NCBI RefSeq assembly: GCF_000737315.1
Contig: NZ_JMCB01000006.1
Coordinates: forward strand, 620,001-684,000
DNA length: 64,000 nucleotides
Source: Hyalangium minutum
Lineage (GTDB): Bacteria > Myxococcota > Myxococcia > Myxococcales > Myxococcaceae
Direction: 5' to 3'
In this document: piece by piece, positions 30,491 through 44,205 of the stretch
How positions within the stretch are numbered: position 1 is the first letter of the stretch
How the letters are laid out: every line of letters begins with the position of its first letter
Notes under the pieces: generated by a model
Told to the model about the DNA's origin: nothing
Database searches by the model: none
Seen by the model: the letters and a program-made list of their open reading frames with translations, nothing else
Position numbers and translations under genes: made by a program

Positions 30491-31516
30491 ATGGCTGGTG
30501 AAGTCCGCAGTAGTCCCGCCCCTGTGACGTTGGAGGAAGTGGCTCGCCGCGCAGGAGTGTCCCCGAGCACGGTCTCCCGCATCCTCAATGGCACCGCCCG
30601 AGTCCGCGAGGGCAAGCGCAAGGCCGTCGAGCGCGCCATCGCCGACCTCGACTACCACCCCAACGTCATGGCGCGCGGTCTGGCCGGTGGGCGCTCCATG
30701 TCCGTGGGCGTCATCACGCAGGACATCGCCAGCCCCTTCTTCAACGAGGCCCTCAAGGGCATCGAGGACAGCCTGGCCCGCGCGGGCTACGCGCCCCTCT
30801 TCGTCAGCGGCCACTGGAACGCGTCGAAGGAGACCGAGCGCATGGCGCTGCTCGTGGCCCGCCGCGTGGACGGCATCATCGTGCTCACGGGCATGATCGA
30901 CGACGCCACGCTCCTGACTCATGCCCAGCGCATGCCCATCGTCGTCACCGGGCGCTCGCTGCAGGGGCCCGGCCTCTTCAGCATCAGCCTGGCCAACGAG
31001 CAGGCCGGCTACGACGCCACCCGCCACCTCATCGAGCTGGGCCACACGCGCATCGCCCACATCGCTGGGCCTGAAATCACCGCCGATGCCCGCGACCGTC
31101 TGGCCGGCTACCGCCGCGCGCTGACCGAGGCCGGCCTGCCCGTGGACGAGCGCCTCATCGCCTTCGGCGACTTCCATGAGACCGGCGGCCTGCTGGCGAT
31201 CAACCACCTGCTGGAGTCGCGCCTCAACTTCACCGGCCTGTTCGCCGCCAATGATCAGATGGCCTACGGCGCCCGGCTCGCCTTGTATCGCAAAGGCATC
31301 CGCGTGCCCGAGGACGTCTCTTTGATTGGCTTCGACGACTTGCCCTCGTCTCTCTATACGACGCCGCCGCTCACCTCCGTGCGCCAGCCGGCGTATGACC
31401 TGGGGAAGATCGCGGGCGAGGCGATGCTCCGGTTGATCCAGGGCCAGCCCATCCCCGTCACGGACCTCCCCCTGCAGATCATCGTCCGCGAGTCCACCCT
31501 GCGCCGCCGCGGCTAG
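30491..31516 (+). CDS. LacI family transcriptional regulator
   Basis: VTLEEVARRAGVSPSTVSRILN HTH; GIRVPEDVSLIGFDD. Confidence 0.95.
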   Translation: MAGEVRSSPAPVTLEEVARRAGVSPSTVSRILNGTARVREGKRKAVERAIADLDYHPNVMARGLAGGRSMSVGVITQDIASPFFNEALKGIEDSLARAGYAPLFVSGHWNASKETERMALLVARRVDGIIVLTGMIDDATLLTHAQRMPIVVTGRSLQGPGLFSISLANEQAGYDATRHLIELGHTRIAHIAGPEITADARDRLAGYRRALTEAGLPVDERLIAFGDFHETGGLLAINHLLESRLNFTGLFAANDQMAYGARLALYRKGIRVPEDVSLIGFDDLPSSLYTTPPLTSVRQPAYDLGKIAGEAMLRLIQGQPIPVTDLPLQIIVRESTLRRRG

Positions 31517-31574
31517 TGTCTCTGAGAGTGGTTGTCTGACGCACACCCCCAGGGACGGAAAACCCCACCCGCAC

Positions 31575-31588
31575 TGCAAGCGCTTTCA
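31575..31588. promoter_or_regulatory. LacI-family operator
   Basis: TGCAAGCGCTTTCA upstream of the GH1 gene. Confidence 0.7.
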
Positions 31589-31620
31589 CTCCCGAGCGCC
31601 GCTGTGGCACAGTCCGGGGA

Positions 31621-32973
31621 ATGACGACTTCCAAGGCTTCCGGTTCTTTCCCGAGTGACTTCCAGTGGGGAGTCGCCACCAGCGCCTACCAGATTGAAGG
31701 CGCGGCCTCGGAGGACGGGCGGGGCCCGTCAATTTGGGACACCTTCAGCCACACGCCCGGCAAGGTCGTCGAGGGACACACGGGAGACGTGGCCTGCGAC
31801 CACTACCACCGGCTGGAAGAGGACCTGGATTTGATCGCCTCGCTGGGCGTCAATTCCTACCGCTTCTCCGTGGCCTGGCCCCGCGTGCTGCCCACGGGGC
31901 GTCTTCCCCTCAACCCCCAGGGGCTCGACTTCTATGACCGGATGGTGGACGGCCTGTGCGCTCGCGGCATCCGGCCGCACGTGACGCTCTACCACTGGGA
32001 TTTGCCGCAGGCGCTCCATGACGAGGGCGGCTGGGCGCGCACGGACACCGTTCACCGCTTCGCCGACTACGCGGAGCTCGTCGCGCGGCGCCTGGGAGAC
32101 CGGGTGGAGAGCATCGCCACGTTCAACGAGCCCTGGGTCGTGGCCACGCTGGGCTACGAGAAGGGCATCTTCGCCCCCGGCCTGACGAACCGGCGGCTGG
32201 CGATGCAGGTGTCTCACCACCTGCTGATGGCGCATGGCCTCGCGGTGCGAGCGCTGCGCGCGGTGGCTCCCCGGGTGCAGCTCGGCATCGTGCTGAACCT
32301 GTCGCCCAGCTACCCGGCTCGGCCCACGGCCGCCGACCGGGCCAAGGCCCACCTGGAGGATGGCCTGGGTGTGCGCTGGTACATGGATCCGCTGTTCCGC
32401 GGCAGCTACCCGCAGGACGTGCTCGAGCACCTGGGCGCGGACGCCCCCATCGTGCGGCCCGAGGAGCTGAGGCTGATCCAGGAGCCCATCGACTTCCTGG
32501 GTATCAACTACTACATGCGCAACTTCATCCACGCCGAGGACCCGCAGGCCAAGCCCCCGGGTGAGCAGGGCTTCACGGACATGGGCTGGGAAGTCTTCCC
32601 CCAGGGGCTGACCGCGCTGCTGACCCGGCTGGCGCGCGACTACCGCCTGCCGCCCCTCTCCATCACCGAGAACGGCGCCGCCTTCGCGGACCGTCTGGAA
32701 GATGACGCGGTGCATGACACGAAGCGCGTGCGTTATCTGGAGCAACACATCGCGGCATTGGCCGCGGCCCGGGAGCAGGGCGTGGACGTGCGCGGCTACT
32801 TCGCGTGGAGCTTCATGGACAACTTCGAGTGGGCCTCGGGCTACCTCAAGCGCTTCGGGCTCGTGTACGTCGACTTCGACACGCAGCGTCGTGTGCTGAA
32901 GGACAGCGCGCTCTGGTATCGCGACTTCATCGCCGCCCAGCGGCCCTGGCAGTCCTCCGCCGTCGCGCCCTGA
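31621..32973 (+). CDS. GH1 beta-glucosidase
   Basis: FQWGVATSAYQIEG, TFNEP (acid/base), ITENG (nucleophile), DNFEW. Confidence 0.95.
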   Translation: MTTSKASGSFPSDFQWGVATSAYQIEGAASEDGRGPSIWDTFSHTPGKVVEGHTGDVACDHYHRLEEDLDLIASLGVNSYRFSVAWPRVLPTGRLPLNPQGLDFYDRMVDGLCARGIRPHVTLYHWDLPQALHDEGGWARTDTVHRFADYAELVARRLGDRVESIATFNEPWVVATLGYEKGIFAPGLTNRRLAMQVSHHLLMAHGLAVRALRAVAPRVQLGIVLNLSPSYPARPTAADRAKAHLEDGLGVRWYMDPLFRGSYPQDVLEHLGADAPIVRPEELRLIQEPIDFLGINYYMRNFIHAEDPQAKPPGEQGFTDMGWEVFPQGLTALLTRLARDYRLPPLSITENGAAFADRLEDDAVHDTKRVRYLEQHIAALAAAREQGVDVRGYFAWSFMDNFEWASGYLKRFGLVYVDFDTQRRVLKDSALWYRDFIAAQRPWQSSAVAP

Positions 32974-33036
32974 CGGCGCTCTCAATCCATACACATTCAC
33001 GTGAAGGCGTCCGCTGGGCGACAGTGTGACGCTTTC

Positions 33037-33088
33037 GTGAATGCGCTTTCACTAAAAGCTTTACTCGCTGGGAAAACAGGCCTATAGG
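33037..33088 (+). promoter_or_regulatory. LacI operator plus sigma-70 promoter
   Basis: GTGAATGCGCTTTCAC (33037-33052), then TTTACT-N17-TATAGG (33060-33088). Confidence 0.7.
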
Positions 33089-33241
33089 CAGTTCCGCGAA
33101 CGTCTGGGGGCCCCGAGCTGAGTCTTTGCCGCTGACGCACCGCACCACACCTCGACACGCTCTGAACTCACCATCCCGGATGCGGCAGGGGCCCATCCCT
33201 ACCAACCAGACGCCATCCCTCCACCCCCCAAGGAGCTCGAG

Positions 33242-34447
<1,206 letters not shown>

Positions 34448-34523
34448 TCCCCTCCCCTTTCTGTTGAGCCAGCTCCATCGGGTGGCTTGCCGCCGCCCGG
34501 TGGGGCTCTCCGGAGAACCTCAC

Positions 34524-35942
34524 ATGAAGAACTCGAGCTTTTGGAGCGGCGTTGGCGCCGCGGGATGTCTCTTTGCGTTGAATCTGGGCTGTGGTGGCAC
34601 CACCGAGGCGCCGGAGGGCATCTCCCTGGAGAGCACCTCGCAGTCCGTCATCGTCGGCAGCCGCCGCCAGGCGGAGACCTGGTCCTCCTCCGGCACCACG
34701 GCCGGCGCCGTCTTCAACGAGGGCGGCGGCGAGGGCCAGTCCGTCGGCGGCTTCCAGGTCAACGAGGTGATCCACTACCCCTCGGTGCTCTTCACCGACG
34801 CGGACCAGATCAAGTTCCAGCTCGCGGCGCCCTATGGCGGCGGACGCGCGGAGATCTGGGCGGACGCGGTGGGCTCCGGCACGAAGGTCGGCACGGTGGA
34901 CCTGACCGCCGCCACTGGCGCCGACTGGAACACCTTCACCACCCGCACCGTCACCATCACCAAGCTCAGCGGCACCCGCTCGCTGTACCTCAAGGGCGTG
35001 GCCACGGGCGGCGACTGGCTCTTCAAGCTCGACTGGTTCGAGCTGCACAACAGCGGCGGCACCACCACGCCGCCGCCTTCCGGGACGGTGCCCGTGAAGG
35101 TGACCAACAAGTGCCCGTTCAACCTCAACGTGCTGCTCACGGGTGTGAACAGCATCAGCCTCGAGCGGGACTCGTCGGGCAACCCCATCTACCGCAACCT
35201 GGCCAGCGGCCAGACGTACACCTACAACACGCCGGGCAACTACCCCGCCGGCCGCGTGAGCGCGTACCGGACGCTGCCGTCGCCCACCTCGCCCCGCGAG
35301 CTGGAGAAGGCCGAGTTCACCCTGGAGAACAACGGCTCGCAGCTCATCCACTACAACCTCACCTACGTGGACCACGTGGGCCTGCCCATGGCCATCAGCA
35401 CCGCGGGCGCCAACAACTGCGTCCAGGTGCAGTGCAACAAGACGGCGAGCGCCATGCAGAGCGCCATCGACACCGGCTGCCCGGACGGCCTGCGCTACTC
35501 CATGGGCGGCGGCACCATCTGCCTCGCGCCCCGCTCCTTCTGTCTGGATGGCGAGTACGCCAGCGACTCGCGCCGGGGCACCATCTGCACGCGGCTGGAC
35601 TCGGAGATTGCCCGCTGCGCCAGCAAATACCCGGGCCAGTGCAACCCGGGCACGGCGAAGACGCCCCAGGTCTACGCGTGCTCCCCGCCGTTCTTCGACC
35701 AGAGCGCCAAGTGGTGCGCCGCGCTGAACCGCGGCATGGTGGACGCGCCGGACAGCACCACCGTTTCCCAGTACTACAATACGGGCAAGCCGTATAACCA
35801 GTACGCCAAGTGGGTTCATCAGCAGTGCGGCGCCGTGTATGCGTTCGCCTACGACGACTACCCCATGGCCGCCAACCAGGCCGGCTTCTTCACGTGCTCC
35901 GGCGGCACGCAGCTCAACGTGACGTTCTGCCCCGCGGGCTAG
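34524..35942 (+). CDS. lipoprotein, CBM6/35-like module + GH64/thaumatin-like beta-1,3-glucanase
   Basis: LNLGC lipobox; VTNKCPF, AEFTL, YNLTYVDHVGLPM, YAFAYDD. Confidence 0.75.
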   Translation: MKNSSFWSGVGAAGCLFALNLGCGGTTEAPEGISLESTSQSVIVGSRRQAETWSSSGTTAGAVFNEGGGEGQSVGGFQVNEVIHYPSVLFTDADQIKFQLAAPYGGGRAEIWADAVGSGTKVGTVDLTAATGADWNTFTTRTVTITKLSGTRSLYLKGVATGGDWLFKLDWFELHNSGGTTTPPPSGTVPVKVTNKCPFNLNVLLTGVNSISLERDSSGNPIYRNLASGQTYTYNTPGNYPAGRVSAYRTLPSPTSPRELEKAEFTLENNGSQLIHYNLTYVDHVGLPMAISTAGANNCVQVQCNKTASAMQSAIDTGCPDGLRYSMGGGTICLAPRSFCLDGEYASDSRRGTICTRLDSEIARCASKYPGQCNPGTAKTPQVYACSPPFFDQSAKWCAALNRGMVDAPDSTTVSQYYNTGKPYNQYAKWVHQQCGAVYAFAYDDYPMAANQAGFFTCSGGTQLNVTFCPAG

Positions 35943-35994
35943 ACCTCCCCGGCAGTCGGTTCAGGGGGCTTGTAGGCAGTACAGAGGAGAGGAC

Positions 35995-39222
<3,228 letters not shown>

Positions 39223-39230
39223 CGGCTTGG

Positions 39231-39310
39231 AAAAAGCTGGCGCGGGTCACTCCGCGCCAGTGCTGCGCTTCGCCACCCTCTCTGCCCCGACGGGTGGCGA
39301 AGCCTTTTCT
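39231..39310. terminator. back-to-back bidirectional terminators
   Basis: AAAAAG then a CTGGCGCGG/CCGCGCCAG stem, followed by a GCTTCGCCACCC/GGGTGGCGAAGC stem and CTTTTCT, between convergent genes. Confidence 0.75.
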
Positions 39311-39322
39311 AGGGTCTGCGTC

Positions 39323-40408
39323 TCAGGTCAGGTTCTTCATGTGGACCACGAGGTGGCTGTCCTTCGAGCCCAGCGTGCTCGCGTCGTCCGTGGGGATGAC
39401 GTAGCCCTGGTCCGCCCCGACGTGCTTCCGGTAGTAGTCCACCACCGAGCCGTCCTGCACGTTGGACGTCGTGGTCTTCTTGATGCCGTAGACGTCCCCG
39501 TTGGCGTCCTTGGCCTTGATGGAGTCCGGGGCGCCCGACAGCAGGTTGTCCATCGTGCCGGACAGCCGGCCGCCGCTCTCCGGCTTGATGGTCATCGCGG
39601 CGTTGGCGCCCTCGATGTAGCTCACGTCGTAGTAGGTGTTGTTGCCGCCGCCGTTGAACTTCACCTCGCCGAGCGTCGCGTTCTTCCCGTCACCCGCCGT
39701 GCTGCGGAAGTTGCCGGACCAGCCGTCCGGGAACGCCACCGTCTTCGTCTCGCCCGGCTTCAGGGTCACGCCGTCGATCGCCTTGTCCCCGGCGTTCGGC
39801 GTGAACTGGATGTTCATGGGCGAGTTGCCATCGTTGACGAAGGTCATCGTCCGCTCGCCCACCTGCGAGCCCTTCTGAGCGGAGACGGCCTCAGGGCCGG
39901 CGACCTGCGAGGCCCCCTGAGCGGCCGGAGCAGCCGGAGCGGCGGCGGCGGCGCTCGGGGCGGCCGGAGCGGCGGCGGCGGCGGCCGGAGCAGCGGCGGC
40001 GGCGCTCGGAGCACCCATCCCGCTCATCGCGCTCGGGGCGCCCGCGGCCGACATGCCGCCCATCTGGGGAGCCGACGCGCCCTGCATGCCGGGGATGCCC
40101 CGGCCCAGCTCGCTGGCCAGCATCTGCGTGGCCTTGGCGAGCAGGTCGGTCATCTGGGTGAGCATCTTCATCGTCGAGTCGATGCCACCCTTCTCGAGGC
40201 CGCCCATCTTGCCCGCGCCCATCTTGCCCATACCCACCGGCGCGTCGAAGCCGTCGCTCATGAGCATCCGGCGCAGCGCGCTGCCCTGCTGCGGACCCTG
40301 CTGCAGGCCCTGCATGCCCCGCGGCTGAGAGGAGATCGGCGAGGGGGTCGAGGTGGAGAGAGCGGAGGACCGGGCAAACGCGGGCTTCGAGAGAGGGGAG
40401 ATCGCCAT
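39323..40408 (-). CDS. thaumatin-like domain protein with low-complexity N-terminus
   Basis: C-terminal VAFPDGWSGNFR...TLGEVKF...YYDVSYIEGAN is thaumatin-like; N-terminus is M/G/S/Q-rich with an Ala-Pro linker; no Sec signal. Confidence 0.7.
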   Translation of the reverse strand: MAISPLSKPAFARSSALSTSTPSPISSQPRGMQGLQQGPQQGSALRRMLMSDGFDAPVGMGKMGAGKMGGLEKGGIDSTMKMLTQMTDLLAKATQMLASELGRGIPGMQGASAPQMGGMSAAGAPSAMSGMGAPSAAAAAPAAAAAAPAAPSAAAAAPAAPAAQGASQVAGPEAVSAQKGSQVGERTMTFVNDGNSPMNIQFTPNAGDKAIDGVTLKPGETKTVAFPDGWSGNFRSTAGDGKNATLGEVKFNGGGNNTYYDVSYIEGANAAMTIKPESGGRLSGTMDNLLSGAPDSIKAKDANGDVYGIKKTTTSNVQDGSVVDYYRKHVGADQGYVIPTDDASTLGSKDSHLVVHMKNLT

Positions 40409-40475
40409 GACGGGGTTCCTCCAAAGAGGGGGGTTCGGGAGGGGCCACCGGGTGTGGCCTCTGCTCACGACATGA

Positions 40476-40491
40476 AGCAGGAGGTGTGCCA
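40476..40491 (-). promoter_or_regulatory. sigma-54 promoter
   Basis: The minus strand reads TGGCACACCTCCTGCT (TGGCAC...GC, N10 spacing). Confidence 0.7.
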
Positions 40492-40556
40492 ACGTGCCCT
40501 GCCCAGCCTCTCCGAGGGCCGGGAGCGGCCCGAGTAGCGGATCAGCCCCTGCGAGG

Positions 40557-40617
40557 GATGACGGCTGTCACCACCTCAAGGTGGGACTCCTGTCACCGAG
40601 TGATGACGGCAGTCACC
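40557..40617. promoter_or_regulatory. tandem enhancer-like sites
   Basis: GATGACGGCTGTCACC (40557) and GATGACGGCAGTCACC (40602), both TGAC-N4-GTCA, 45 bp apart. Confidence 0.55.
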
Positions 40618-40625
40618 GCCCGCCG

Positions 40626-41603
40626 TCACCCCAGGAGGCACGTCACCGCGGTCCAGCGCGCCTCGGGCGGACCGAACACCGAGCCGGGCACCGCCAGCCA
40701 GCCCTGCTCGAGCAACTCCTCGAAACTCTTGGAGCTGGTGGTGAAATAGCCGGTCCGAGGAACATCGAAGGGCAGCGTCCCCAGCCGCTCGCGGACCTGG
40801 CCCCACTGCTCCTCGAAGCGGGCTTGGACGCGCTGGGGCAGCTCCGGGTGGCGCTCCAGCAGGAAGCAGGCTTGACGCAGCGCGGTGGACTCGAGCTGGA
40901 GGGGTTCGACGGCCTCCACGCCTCGGGCGACGGCGCCGGGGACCAGTGCGAAGCCCGCCAGCTCCGGGGTGAGGTGGCCCTTGGCGAGCGAGTGCACCAG
41001 CAGCGCCTGCCCCGTCTGGAGCAGCCGCTCCGTCACCCCGGTGAAGCGGGAGGCGAAGGTGTACACGGCGTCGATCACCACGAGCCGCCGTGGATCCGCC
41101 GCGAGCCAGGCCTCCAGCTTCCGGCCCTCCTCCTCCGAGAGCCACCGGCCCAGGGGCACGAGCGGATCCGGCAGGAGCAGCACCTCCGGCGCGGCTCCGG
41201 GCGCCTGCTCCGGGAGCTGCGGCAAGGGAACCGTGGGGAACGCGTGCACGGCCAGCCCGGCGCTCGCCGCCAGCGAGTGGTACACGGGATAGACGTCCGA
41301 CGGCGCGTGCAGCACCCGGCCCTCGCGAGCGAAGGCGTGGAACAGGGCTCGCAGCAGGTCGCGCACTCCGCGCCCCAGCAGCATGCGCGCCTCGGGCCCA
41401 GGCCCCGTGCGAGGCAGGTGGAAGCACTCGCGCCACGCGCGCTCCAGCTCCTGGGCATCCCGCACCGGGAGCTCTGCCGGGAGCGCCGGGGCGAGCGCCG
41501 ACAGGGCCTTGGGGGGATTCATGCAGTCGAGCCGGACCAGCTTCGCGCCTCGCTCGCTGGCCAGCAGCTCGCGGCAGCGGCGCTTGTATTCCTCCCAGTT
41601 CAT
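40626..41603 (-). CDS. divergent fold-type I PLP-dependent enzyme (aminotransferase class I/II-like)
   Basis: VVIDAVY (DEAY-like) and HSLAKG (PLP lysine); ATGA overlap with the radical SAM gene. Confidence 0.65.
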   Translation of the reverse strand: MNWEEYKRRCRELLASERGAKLVRLDCMNPPKALSALAPALPAELPVRDAQELERAWRECFHLPRTGPGPEARMLLGRGVRDLLRALFHAFAREGRVLHAPSDVYPVYHSLAASAGLAVHAFPTVPLPQLPEQAPGAAPEVLLLPDPLVPLGRWLSEEEGRKLEAWLAADPRRLVVIDAVYTFASRFTGVTERLLQTGQALLVHSLAKGHLTPELAGFALVPGAVARGVEAVEPLQLESTALRQACFLLERHPELPQRVQARFEEQWGQVRERLGTLPFDVPRTGYFTTSSKSFEELLEQGWLAVPGSVFGPPEARWTAVTCLLG

Positions 41604-42910
41604 GTCAGCTCCAGGCGGCTGCGGCGATCCTCGAGCGAGGCGTAGCACGCGCCATCCGCGAGCACGTTCCAGCTCCGGGCCAGGCCGTTCGAGCGCTCCC
41701 AGAAGAGGCTCGGCTCGGTATAGGTGGCCACCCGCATCCGCCGCCCGTCCACCACTCCTTCATATATAGGTGAACCCCAGGGCAGCTCGGCCACCCGGCG
41801 CCACCCCTGTGCCTGGAGCCACTCCGTAGCCAGCGCGAGCGACACCTGGTGCTCGCGGCTCCAGAGGTTGGACGGGCGGGAGTGGTACACGGACTCCTCC
41901 GAGGTGGAGACGTAGAGCTCCTTCCACGTCACCTCGTCGACGCCCTGCGCGGCGGCCCACTGCAGGTACTCCGCGAAGGTCTGCTCGGAGTCGAGCCCAC
42001 CTCGCTGCAGTACGGCCACCAGGCGCGGGCGCAGGCTGTGGAAGCCTCCGGAGCGGAAGCTCCCGAGGACGCGCTCGGTGCCGGTGTCCAGCCGCATGAG
42101 GGCCGCGTTCCGCGAGGGCTCCGCGTGGTGCCGGGACAAGGAGAGGACCGTCAGCCCCGCCTCCTCGAGCTGCAGCAGCGCCCGGCCGCGTGCTTCATCG
42201 TCCAGACGCGCGAGGAAGACTCCATTGGAGATGAGCACCACCTTTTGGGGAAAGCGCGCGGCACAGGCTCGCACGAGCTCCAGCAAGCGCGGCAGGGGCA
42301 AAAGCCCGGGTTCACCGCCTCCGGTGATGACGGCACGCTCCGCGCCGCGCGCGAGCGCTTCATCCAGGTGGGCCTCCACCACCTCCTTCGACAGGGCCGC
42401 CTGGGCCTGATCCGCCGAGATGGAGGCCTCGGAGAAGCAGAACGCACAGTCCGCCTGGCAGCCGCGGGCGATGGGGAGGAAGGAGATGGAGCGCGGGCTC
42501 AGCGCCTCGTAGGGCTTCAAGGTGGGATGGAGGACCTGGAGCGAGCGCGCGAAGGCCGTCTCTACGTCCCAGCGCGTGAGCGTGCCCTCGGGCCCCACCG
42601 CGTGCACCGCGCTCAGGCGGATCTCCGGCCCGAGGATGAAGCGGCCGAGCCCCGTGCGCTCATTGGGCTGGAGCTGCTCGGACGGCACGTGTGTCTCGAG
42701 CGCGATGAGCCGATCCCCTTCGAGCCCCAGCCGCTCCAGCAGGCCGCTGGCCTTGCGGATGCCGATGCCGAGCTCCTCCTGGCGCAGGAGGAAGAAGCGA
42801 TCGGGGAAGGTGCTCTCGGGGATGCGGGCCTTCGAGTAGCTCAAAGCGTACTTGTCGAAGGCCCGCGCGAAGTTGGAGAGGACGGTGATGTGAAAGAGGG
42901 TCTCCCCCAT
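41600..42910 (-). CDS. radical SAM protein with unknown ~110-aa N-terminal domain
   Basis: CQADCAFC, VITGGGEP, ISNG. Confidence 0.85.
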   Translation of the reverse strand: MGETLFHITVLSNFARAFDKYALSYSKARIPESTFPDRFFLLRQEELGIGIRKASGLLERLGLEGDRLIALETHVPSEQLQPNERTGLGRFILGPEIRLSAVHAVGPEGTLTRWDVETAFARSLQVLHPTLKPYEALSPRSISFLPIARGCQADCAFCFSEASISADQAQAALSKEVVEAHLDEALARGAERAVITGGGEPGLLPLPRLLELVRACAARFPQKVVLISNGVFLARLDDEARGRALLQLEEAGLTVLSLSRHHAEPSRNAALMRLDTGTERVLGSFRSGGFHSLRPRLVAVLQRGGLDSEQTFAEYLQWAAAQGVDEVTWKELYVSTSEESVYHSRPSNLWSREHQVSLALATEWLQAQGWRRVAELPWGSPIYEGVVDGRRMRVATYTEPSLFWERSNGLARSWNVLADGACYASLEDRRSRLELT

Positions 42911-42985
42911 CCCCCGAGCATGAACCGTGAGGCGCATGCCTGCCAATCCCCCTTCGCCGCTCAGCCGCCCGCTCTCACGCCGTGC

Positions 42986-43648
42986 TCAGTTGCAGGCCGC
43001 GTCGTCGTACACCATGAACGGCTCGCCCGCGGGTGCCGACACGGGGCTCGTGGTGGCCGGGCACACCCGGTGGAGCTGGCCGTCCGCCGAGGAGATGAGC
43101 CACGTGTCCGCCGAGTCCCACAGATGCTCGTAGTCCTCGGTGCCCTCGAAGTCCGTGTCCCCGGCCGCATACGCCAGGTAGTCCCACGAGTCCGGATAGC
43201 CGCACGTGCCGAAGATACCCGCGCTGGCGCCCATCCCATTGCCTGCGTCCCGCTGGCTCCACACCGGGTTGACCACGCGCACCGGGGTGAAGGTCCGGGG
43301 GAACATCATATAGGCGAAGTTATCCACCCCCACGCAGACGTCCCCGCTGTGCTTCACGGCGTCCTGGTTGCTGCGGTTCTCCGTCGTGTGGCACCCATGA
43401 TCCAGGTGGTAGCTGTACCGGTTCCCGCGCGGCGGATCGAAGTTGTAGACGTGGATGTTCGAGGGCTTGTTCTGCTGCGTCATCATCGCCGTGTGCAGGC
43501 TCTTGAGGTGGGTGATGGCCTCGGACTGGCGCGCGTGCGTCTGCGCCCGGAGGAAGCGCGGCAGCGCGATGACCATCAACACGCCCGCCATGGCCAGCGC
43601 CACCAGACATTCGATGTAGGTGAAACCGCGGCTTCGATTGCTCTTCAT
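42986..43648 (-). CDS. type IV pilin-like protein (second PilA paralog)
   Basis: G|FTYIE; RQSEA; PRGNRYSYHL; YLAYAAGD...DTWLIS. Confidence 0.85.
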   Translation of the reverse strand: MKSNRSRGFTYIECLVALAMAGVLMVIALPRFLRAQTHARQSEAITHLKSLHTAMMTQQNKPSNIHVYNFDPPRGNRYSYHLDHGCHTTENRSNQDAVKHSGDVCVGVDNFAYMMFPRTFTPVRVVNPVWSQRDAGNGMGASAGIFGTCGYPDSWDYLAYAAGDTDFEGTEDYEHLWDSADTWLISSADGQLHRVCPATTSPVSAPAGEPFMVYDDAACN

Positions 43649-43882
43649 GACGCCCGCCTCTCTTGATTTGTGGGAATGTGAGAAAAAAGGCGGGTTCACA
43701 TAGCAAAACCGGGAATAACCGCCAAGCCTAAAACCTCCTGATGGATTGGGATGGATCGGCGGGGGAGCCGAGGCTTCCGTTCATCGACGGCCCCTCTGGG
43801 CTGGTGTAGAAAACCGGACTGTCTGGCTGCCTACCCCTCAGCCAGCAGGGCGGGTACGAGCGAGCGAACTCTCACTTCCCAC

Positions 43883-44160
43883 GCGAACGACCGAGAGAGG
43901 TCCCAAAGCCATCAGCCTCAGCGCCTCGAGCGCGGGAGCGGCGCTGCGCCGCTCTGGATGCAATGCTGGACACTCTCCGCAAGGTAGCCTGTTCTTGGCT
44001 CTCATCCTGGCGCCGACCTTCTAGAGCGCCAGGGAGCGGAACCAACGACGCAACCGCCGTTTCCCTAGCGCTCTAGAAGGTCGGCGCCAGGGAGAGCCGG
44101 TGAGGCTACCGTGCCCCAGGTAAGCAGGTGGTGCCTTAGGGGCCTCTCTCGATCGCTCGC
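43883..44160 (+). ncRNA. msr-msd: retron msr-msd ncRNA, copy 2 (RT-adjacent), Mx162/Sa163 family
   Basis: a1/a2 repeats (43883-43900 / 44143-44160); predicted branching G at 43915; 30-bp msd stem with one mismatch (44006-44035 / 44062-44091); 45 bp upstream of the RT. Confidence 0.93.
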
Positions 44161-44205
44161 GGCTCGCCGCCCCCGCCCGTAGCCGCCTCGACATCAGGAG
44201 CTGCC

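Noticed and set aside
39900-40030. GCGGCCGGAGC/GCGGCG tandem repeats
   Set aside because: They encode the Ala-Pro-Ser linker of the thaumatin-like protein.
43690-43730. sigma-54 promoter for the second pilin
   Set aside because: GG-to-GC spacing is not 10 nt; only a weak sigma-70-like TTGGCG-N17-TATGTG is present.
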